Source of the DNA: Octopus vulgaris
Lineage: Eukaryota
Assembly (NCBI GenBank): GCA_951406725.2
Contig: OX597816.1
Location: forward strand, 85,560,001 to 85,624,000
DNA length: 64,000 nt
Reading direction: 5' to 3'
The position numbers and the translations under genes are program-made. Positions within the stretch are counted from its first letter, which is position 1. Each line of letters starts with the position of its first letter. Below, in pieces: positions 54,825-64,000 of the stretch. The notes beneath the pieces were generated by a model that saw only the letters and a program-made list of their open reading frames with translations, made no database searches and was not told the origin of the DNA.

Positions 54825-55310
54825 TCAATGCAACGAATCAACTCCTGGGAAAGACTGAAAAACTTAAAACTATTGTCCCGAGAAGCAAGGCATGAAAGAT
54901 TTGCAATGATATACATCTGTCAAATCCTGGAAGGGCTTGTACCAAACTTTGACATTGAAAGTTACACAAAGAGCAGAACAGGGCACACTGCATAGTGACA
55001 ACGATTCCAGCATCTCCATCAAAATACAAGATCATTTACTGTAACATCTTGGGTTTCAAGAGCCCACAGCTCTTCAGTATCCTTCCAAAATTCCTAAGAG
55101 ACCTGCATGGTGTGGATGTAGGTGTTTTCAAAGCAAAATTGGATGTCCTGCTATCAAGAGTTCCAAATGAGCCTAGCCTACCTCATGTCAAGAAACACAG
55201 ATAAGGGCAGCAGCATCAAACTTCATATCAGAAGATGTTTCAAATAATGTTGTAGCACAATCAACGGAAGTACCCCAGTCTGATTGCACCTTCTAAGATG
55301 AAACAATTTA
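54825..55310 (+). mobile_element. Old CR1-like LINE 3' fragment
   Basis: SWERLKNLKLLSREARHERFAMIYICQILEGLVPNF and LGFKSPQLFSILPK are homologous to 58728-59162. Confidence 0.85.
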
Positions 55311-55679
55311 AAGATGTAAGGATTTATGTATATATTCTTTGAAGAAATTTTGAAGAAATAGGATCCTTTTCCTCTTTGATCTGTTTCAAGACAATGTTAA
55401 ATAGGGCAGGGCCTGTGGAGGAAAAGAAATTGTATTGCAGAGTATTTATGTGTTGTGATCCTGAATTGGATAGGGGATGTATAGCCCGAGGACCTAACCT
55501 TGGATAAATTTTGATAATTTAATCGTGCAAATGATGTGTCGCTCACGGCGGCACTGAAGTTTCAATGCTTTCAGGTGGTCCCAATAACCGAGATCAGTGA
55601 TTCCATTAATTCTTTTAGTGAATGACCTCTGGGGTGATTCAATTTTCTAGATGTTTTGTTTTGTATGGAGATCTAGATA

Positions 55680-55719
<40 letters not shown>

Positions 55720-55723
<4 letters not shown>

Positions 55724-56855
55724 TTATAAAAGCATAGTGTGCCTTTTTGTTTCAGACTAAACAAATTTTGATTTATAAACTAGATAACCCTCCACAGAGG
55801 AGGCAAAAGTAATACAGCTGTAGGTAAAAGGCTTGAAATTAACCCAAATTAAGGAATTTCAAGAGACTTGTTCCACCGCTGATTGACAAGGGCGTGGTCG
55901 AAAAATAAGTGTGCGGACCCCTCAGTTAATCAAAAGTACTGGAGAAAAGATAGGTTGAAATATCTTCGTTCAGTTAGAAGACTGGATACCACTACAAAAA
56001 TAAGCCGAGCATCGATGTATCGAGTGCTGAATGAGGATCTCAGGACCAAACCCTACAAGATGATCTGCCGCTATAAGTTCACGCAAGTTTATAAGACCAT
56101 GAGACTGGAAAGAAATCGTTGTATCATGCATAAGATTGCTGAAGGCACGCTGCCCAACCTGGTCACCGATAAAAAGAATTTTGACATGGAACACACAGTA
56201 AACCACCAGAGTAACTGAATTTGGAGTGTATCTGGCTCCATCGAGGGTAGACTCGTAATTTGGCGTCAAAATTCACAGTCAGTTATGAGCAGCTGTGAAA
56301 GTCCCTGGTAGGTCTTCCCACATTTTCGTGTACTCAAGTGTTAAAATTACCACCCAGCGATAAATTAGCGACATTGAGTAAGCTGGAATGCTTCCATGAG
56401 CGAATGAGCACTTTCAAGGAACAGGTTGGAGTCTCGAAAAGACTCGACACCACACCATAGCTCTAAACAAGCGAAACACCGGATTACAACAGAAAAAAGA
56501 AAAAAAAATTCCATCGCTCATATGCAAGGATGTATGCTCCTCAAGAAGCCCCGATCTTTCTGTTTGGACATTTCTGTGTGGTCCAATTTCGAGACGAGGG
56601 TCTCGATGAATCCTCATGTATCGCTGAACGCTCTGAAGGCAAAACTCAGGAATGGGCTTCGATTTTGCAAGAACAGCTGCGTACCGTGTGTGAAACATTC
56701 GCAAGTAGTCTGCGATTCGAAACCGAGGGGATCATAGCGAATAATTGTGGTTGTGTCATAAAACTGTTTCCTTTACCATTGCATTGCAACGCTCGGATAC
56801 GAAATATAACAATATTTTGCTTTGGTAAAGTTGGTTGCCTAAATGTTTGGATAAT
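55720..56855 (+). mobile_element. Decayed Tc1/mariner-superfamily element, probably maT/DD37D-like
   Basis: ISRASMYRVLNEDLRTKPYKM, VTDKKNF(D), NHQSN and a frameshifted SPDL..LDISVWS motif. Confidence 0.7.
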
Positions 56856-56861
56856 ACATCA

Positions 56862-56905
<44 letters not shown>

Positions 56906-56987
56906 ATATTACGGAATGGTCATATAACAATATCTGTTTCAACACACGACTTCACATAAAAAATCTTGCACAACAAATATTTAAACG

Positions 56988-57045
<58 letters not shown>

Positions 57046-58570
57046 TGTATACGTACGTATATATATATATATATATCACCGTAACCGACCAGGCTATCAG
57101 ATGTTGCTACACATCGCTGGTCACAATGCGCTTCGCATTGTTTTAGCCTTCAGATAAAGCCACCCCGCTGGCTAAGCGAGCAGGCCAATATATATATATA
57201 TGCATTTACTACACACTGGTATTTTTCAATCAAACCAATACTTTCTTTTATATATTTAATGCTAATTTTTGTCCTTATTTTGTTAGGAAACATGATAGAA
57301 ATTGCACTTGCAATAGAACTGATATGCAATTTATCTAACTCTCTAGGGGTATTATGTACTCCCATAGTGTATACGTAAACAGGCATATGGACAAGGTTGT
57401 ATGCGCGCACACATACACACATACACATTCACACAGCTTCACCCACACACATACGTACCTGTTTTGTTTCATGTTGAATATGGTTCTGTGTAAATTGACT
57501 ATGTTTATATATTTACTTTATACTCATAGAAATATTGTTGACGTCAACTAAATAATTCCGTGTACATCTGTTCTGTATATTTATCAGTAATAGCAAATCT
57601 CTTATATCTCTTGATTGGATAGTAATAATGGTTTTTAGATGTTTGGAATCAAAGGTATATATTTTCCATGAAGGAAACCATCTTCGCTTATATAATAAAA
57701 TTATTATTTGGCGTTCTTGTATTAGATAGAAAATAACGATTTTTATTATATTGGCAAACAAATTCTGAGAGATACATGAATTATCGCTGACAAAACTTTA
57801 GGGCAATCATTTGAGATGTAGGTTTTGATGACGGGCTCATGATGCTGAATTCTACTTACAGAACTGATTACTGTCTTTATACATACAAACACACATACAC
57901 TTAGGTATATCTATCTATCTATCAGTTTATCTGTTTATCTATCTAAATGTATATATAATATATATATATGTGTGTGTGTGTGCGTGTGTGTGTGTGCGTG
58001 TGTGTGTATGCTTGCGTATATATATATATATAAAATTGGAAATGGATGTGTCCATTTCCAAGTGAGATTATCTTCACCTTTTTAATGCGACTCTACTCTA
58101 TACTATTTCCTTCCTTGTCGAATTCCTTATTTCTTCCCCTCTTTCTTTCACCGTTATATTTCTGCCCCTCCCTCTCTCTCCCGTCTTTCTATTTTTCACT
58201 CTCTCGTTGCTCACACGTGACCATCGTCCAACTTTCTTTTCCTCACATAACCATGTTGCTTTTCTTACACGACATCAAAAGACTGGGCGTTTTATTGCTG
58301 TCTCTTCTATCTTTTCTCTTTCCACTGACAATATTTCTCCCAGCGTTTACTATTTCCACTCGTTCTGGTCTAACGTCTCTCCATGTTTGTTTCTGTTCAG
58401 TTTCCTTGTTTGTTCCTGTTCAGTATCCTTGTATGTCTCAACTGTCCTGTCTTTATTCCCAAATTTGACCCTCCATAAATCCTAAATTTTATTTTAGAAT
58501 TTATTGTAGCAAGTGTCTTTGATGACTCATATTGTCGTTGAATGTTAGAAGTGAGGAGTAGATAGACAGC

Positions 58571-58651
<81 letters not shown>

Positions 58652-58659
58652 CATATATA

Positions 58660-60283
58660 TTTTTTTTCTAGTTTCAGCCCAGAGCTGCGGCCATGCTGAT
58701 GCACCGCCGTTTTGTGCTACACTGTTATTACGACGAACCTCGTCTAATATGTGGCACTTGGTGAAGAATGGAGTTTGATACAGCTACTCTCATTTGCACC
58801 TCTTGCCGTGAGGTAGGTTCATCTGGGACTCTTGACAGGAAGGTGTCCAGCTTTGATTTGAAAACCGCTACATCTACTTTTTGCAAGTTCCTCAGACTCT
58901 TTGGGAGAATATTAAAACGCTGTGGGCCCTTGAAACCCAGGCTGTTGCAGGAGCTGGTCCTGAAGCGTGATGGCATTGCTGGGATCTTTGGCACTATGCA
59001 GTGTCGTCCCGTTCTAGCATTGGTGTAGCTTACAATGCCAAAATTTGGCACAATTCCTTCCAGGATCTTCCAGACATATATCACTGCATACCTCTCCCGT
59101 CTTCTCTCCAGAGAGTAGAGTCTTAGCTGTTTCAACCTTTCCCAGTAGCTGGGCTGTTGCAAAGAGACGATCTTCTTTGTGAATCTTCTCTGGATTGCTT
59201 CAAGGTCCGCTGTTAATTTTACACTGGTGGGTGACCATAGCTGTGAGCAGTAATCCAGGCGACTGAGGACGAATGTCCGTCAGAGGACCATCATGGTCTC
59301 CTTATCTCTGGTTCTGAATGTTCTTAGGATCCACCCAGCCAGTCGTCTGCACTTTGTCGCCATCCTGGTAATGTGCACTTGGAAAGAGGTATCATCACTC
59401 ATGTCGATACCCAGGTCCCTCACAGACTTAGGCTCTGGGATTGAAATTCCCTGTGGACCGGTGTATCCTGTAAGTTTAATATTCTGTTTTGGATGCTGGT
59501 AGCGCAGGGCCTGAAAGTTTTCAGCATTAAACTGCATATCATTATCCTCAGCCCATCTGTAGATTGAGTCCAACTCCTGCCGTAGGTGTGCAACATCGCT
59601 GGGGTTCTGTATTTTCTGCGAGACTTTCGTATCGTCTGCATAGCTGGCCAGAGTGGCTATCCGGGCATTTGAGGGCATATCTGAGAGGGCCACTATAAAA
59701 AGCAGTGGTCCCAAGACAGTGCCCTGCGGAACACCGCTCACCATTTGTGTTTTCATAGAGGTGGCTCCATTAACCACTACTGCCTGACTCCTATCTTTCA
59801 GGAAGTCATGCAACCACGCCCCAAGTTTTCCAGCTATGCCGAGGTCACGTAGTTTGTGGCATATCATACCATGATCCACCTTGTCAAAAGCTTTTGCAAA
59901 ATCAAGGTAGATTACGTCCACATTTGATTTGTTGAGTAACTGCCTCAATCCCAGAGCCTAACACCCAGTCATAATGCTGTAAGAGCTGGGTCAGGCAGCT
60001 CCTACCTGGTCGAAAACCATGCTGGGTATTACTCAGCAAGTTATTTTCCTCAAGGAATGCGATTAGTTTCTTTCTGACTATGTGTGAAGTCAGAGAGATA
60101 GGCCTATAGTTTTTGGCATCTGCTCTACTTCTCCCTTTATGTATTGGGCATATTATTCCCTCCAGCTTGCTTGGCAGTTTGCCATTCGCAAGAAAGCTCT
60201 GGAAGAGAATCTTGAGGGGTTTTGCCAGGGCGCATGCTTACACGCTTTGAGGAAGATGGCTGGGAAACCGTCTGGACCAGCAT
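58660..60283 (-). mobile_element. CR1-like LINE, 5'-truncated, with an intact 3' end
   Basis: AGPDGFP, NYRPISLTS, QHGFR, LDFAKAFDKVDH, GVPQGTVLGPLLF, YADDT and LYSLERRRER. The 3'UTR ends ...GCAGCTCTGGGCTGAAACTAGAAAAAAAA. Confidence 0.94.
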
Positions 60284-61527
60284 AAAAAAAAATAAAAAAA
60301 TATATATATATATATATATATATATACTTGTATACATGTATATATGTATGTGTGCATATATAGAAATGTATATATATCTATGTATATCTATGTATCTATC
60401 CCAGTAGAGATACGTCCATAATATAAAGAATATTGTATTAATGAATAAAAAAACAAAGTATAGTTATGATCATTTAGAAAGTTTTCAGAGATCTTACTCT
60501 CGTTTTATGATTATTCTACCTTTCGAAATGAATTCTAAAGTTGATAACCATTATAAGGAAGTATACCCACGCGTCAGAGAAATGGATGAATTTCAGTGTA
60601 GTAAAGCGAATGAGAGATATATAATTGAAAATTGTATGATAAAGGTGTTAGCCCAAATTTATACAGATACACTTCTACAACAATAACTATTTAAACAACA
60701 CGTTTATCATACGAATTTAATTAGTATCTCAATCATTCGAATTACTACACTGAAATTCATCCTTTTCTCTGACAAGTGGATAAACTTCCTAATAATTGTT
60801 ATCAATTTTGGATTTAATTTCCAAAGGTTGTATATTCATGAAACGATCGCAAGAACTCTCAAAACTTTCTAAATGATCATAGCTATACTTTATATTTTTA
60901 TTTATTAATACAATATTCTTTATATTATGGATCTATCTATACGGAGATTTTTTATGATATAATTTTCCTACTTTTACTCTGTAATATATAATCGTTCTAA
61001 TTGAATCTTTATATAATTTTAAGGTTTTAGACATCTTTCATATCAAGAGCACCTATCTGAAATCCAGTACACATTATTCTCAAAGGATATATTTCATTAA
61101 CTACATATATGTGTGTGTATATATGTGTGTGCGTTAGTGTATGTATGTGTATGTATATATAAGTATATGTATATGTAAACAAATGAGTGGTCAAATGAAA
61201 GAAAATGGCATTTCAACACATTTTGCATGAGTTATATGTATCTATTAAAAACGTTTGACTCCGCTCTATGCAAGTTAAAGCTTTGTGAGCTTCTATCAGA
61301 AATCGCTCGTTTTCAGTCTAAGATTACCGAAAGTAGAGGCACAGGAAGTACGCGATTGTTGCTGTAAAAAGAGCTGATATTGGTCAAAGCTAATTGCATG
61401 GTGTTGGCAGAGTAACGTCGGCGATTCAGCGATGCCAGCTCCGCTTGAAAGAGGTACCACTTGAACTGCGAGGCTGAAGAAAAAGCTGATGGCATGCAGA
61501 TGTCTAGGAGCCAACAGAAACAAGACC

Positions 61528-61569
<42 letters not shown>

Positions 61570-62787
61570 GGTGTGTGTATGTTTGTGTATGTGCGTGTGA
61601 GTGTGTAACTACTAGATGCACGAATATATAAATTGTAATAAGCTTTGAAATAATTATTTGGTATGTTAACAGTGTTTTGTTTCAAGTTTATACATTATCA
61701 AATATTGTATCGGGCAACTCTTATTTATACGCCATGTCTTTTGTAGTAGAAAATGATGGAAGATCCGAAATATTTCCAATCTTGGGTTGGAATTTCCTCA
61801 CAGAGTATGAATTATCCTCAACTGTCTATAGAGAGACAGACATCGTTAATAAATCCGCAATTTTTGGAGACTTAAATAAATCTATTAACATTGATAAACA
61901 CACCTTATATATTCATGGAAGTTAGTTAACTATTTAAGTGGGTAAACACACGGCATTTTCTTTCAATGAAATGCGCTGCTACAGAATATATCTACATATT
62001 TTAGCCATCATTGTATGTAACAAACTAAAGTAAACAACTTTTCATTAAAAACACAATGTCGGCAAATATAATAAGCAGTGACACTGTAGCTATTGAAATA
62101 TGAGTATTCACGTGCTGAAATTTCAACATTGGATTGACGCAAAAACAGATAAATAATCTTTTTCAGTCCATTAAACAATTCTATATGAAGAAAAAGTAAT
62201 TGCATCTGTCTATACCATACAATGTTGGTTGTGATGTGCAGATATATTCAACAGTATTGTATAGCATTCCAACACATTAGACATATAAGTAGAAAACTTT
62301 TTCGACATTCTATTATATATATATATATATGTAAATGACCATGGAAGTAAATTATGATGAAGAAAACAAGAAAAATATGTTATTTGTTACGAAATATAAA
62401 AACGAAATTCACTAGTGTAAATGTATCAATACCAAACAGAAATGAGTAATCAGCGCTTATACTGCATATAAGCAATATGCTAAACACTTATTTAAACAAT
62501 TTTACATACAGTAATGGTGAATTAACATAAGTATTATGCATATCAAGTGAACGTATCTATAAGCTTGTGTGTCTCGTGTTTGTTTGTATGTGTATGTCTT
62601 TGAGAATGTATATTGGTTGTATGATTTAGATTCCAAAACGGAGTGAAAATACACCTGAAGGGAAAGACATTTCATGTTCAAAATGGATTAAAATTTGTAT
62701 TTTTTGAAACATTGCATAGAAAATTAGTTTCTCTCACTTCAGAATTTGCAGATAATGAATCTTTGCTTAAGTATATTATACATATGT

Positions 62788-62828
<41 letters not shown>

Positions 62829-62836
62829 TGTATGTG

Positions 62837-62935
<99 letters not shown>

Positions 62936-62948
62936 GTATATATATATG

Positions 62949-62979
<31 letters not shown>

Positions 62980-62998
62980 GTATATATATATATATGTA

Positions 62999-64000
62999 TT
63001 AAACCATTCTGTTGGCCTTCGTATCTCGACCAACATGTGTCCCCGCTACCGAAACGGTAATTATTTCTACGCCAGCTATGTTGTTGTTGTGTTTTTGTCT
63101 CATTTGGTCTAAAGTCGTATGACAACCACCGTTATATATATTTTGTTTATTCATTACTGTTTTCAATTTCGTTTTCGTCTCTTGTATTCACATCCGTCTT
63201 GTGCGTTCACATTCCTGTCTTCTACCAAGAAATCTAATGCTTACAGCTTAGTTTTTTTTCTTGGGGCTGGCCGAGTTGGAGCAAATATCAGAATTGAACA
63301 GCCGAAATTTGCTATGATGATTCGGTGTCTGACTGAAGATTGAAGGCTTCGAATGATTTGTCTGTGTTCCGTGTTCGTCCCTTCCTGTATTTCACGTTCA
63401 TTATATATAAAAACATTCATTCTTATATTATTGCGGCGTTACGTGCACCCCCCCCGTTTGTTTGTCCAATTTTAAACCCTGCACGACTTCTATACACACT
63501 GTCTTTTACTACCCGCCATTGCTTCTTCACCAAACTTTTTGGCGCCCTCCGATTCTTCCCTCTCTTCCTCCCATCCTCCTCCCCTCTTCCTCCCATCCTC
63601 CTTAATCCCTTCTTTCTCCTTTTCTCTTGGTCACTGATTCTGTCCCCTGCCTTCCACCCTCTTTTATTCCCTCTCTCTCTGTCTCTCTTTCTCTCTCTCC
63701 TGCGACCTGCTGCTTCTTAAACCATTCTGTTGGCCTTCGTATCTCGACCAACATGTGTCCCCGCTACCGAAACGGTAATTATTTCTACGCCAGCTATGTT
63801 GTTGTTGTGTTTTTGTCTCATTTGGTCTAAAGTCGTATGACAACCACCGTTATATATATTTTGTTTATTCATCACTGTTTTCAATTTCGTTTTCGTCTCT
63901 TGTATTCTCATCCGTCTTGTGCGTTCACATTCCTGTCTTCTACCAAGAAATCTAATGCTTACAGCTTAGTTTTTTTTCTTGGGGCTGGCCGAGTTGGAGC
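62999..64000 (+). repeat. Tandem direct repeat, unit 718 bp; the second copy starts at 63717 and runs off the window
   Basis: 62999-~63280 is nearly identical to 63717-64000. The unit has a structured region plus a pyrimidine-rich tract. Confidence 0.92.

Noticed and set aside
63020-63085. HDV-like ribozyme fold (CAACAT/ATGTTG P2, GTG-TCCCCGC-TAC P3/L3)
   Set aside because: P1 and P4 are poor, and the homolog at 35388-35940 does not keep the same pairings.
63310-63345. SECIS element or C/D snoRNA
   Set aside because: There is no apical AA loop or SECIS-length stem, it is too short for a snoRNA, and box C is altered in the homolog.

Overview
AT-rich, microsatellite-saturated eukaryotic DNA with no host protein-coding exon that I can support. 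The SINE families and repeat style point to an octopus/coleoid cephalopod; this is inferred from recalled SINE motifs, not from a database search. Most ORFs in the track are translations of (TA)n/(CA)n/(TACA)n repeats. The real content is a transposon graveyard. It holds a full-length DD34D mariner, a full-length IR/DR-type Tc1 (DD34E), several mariner/maT remnants, one RTE-clade LINE and four CR1/L2-type LINE pieces, and two or more tRNA-derived SINE families. It also holds non-autonomous Helitron-like elements, a Crypton-like palindromic element, two Penelope-like (GIY-YIG) 3' fragments and many Penelope-type pseudo-LTRs. Most interesting are: (1) minimal type-I hammerhead ribozymes, three with intact cores and covarying palindromic stem III, two of them in a ~280-bp inverted repeat; (2) a 718-bp tandemly repeated non-coding element with covarying RNA structure but no canonical ribozyme core; (3) a SINE 3' tail shared with a CR1-like LINE; (4) a possible 12.9-kb Mutator-like unit with long TIRs and a 9-bp TSD; (5) two long hairpins/palindromes.
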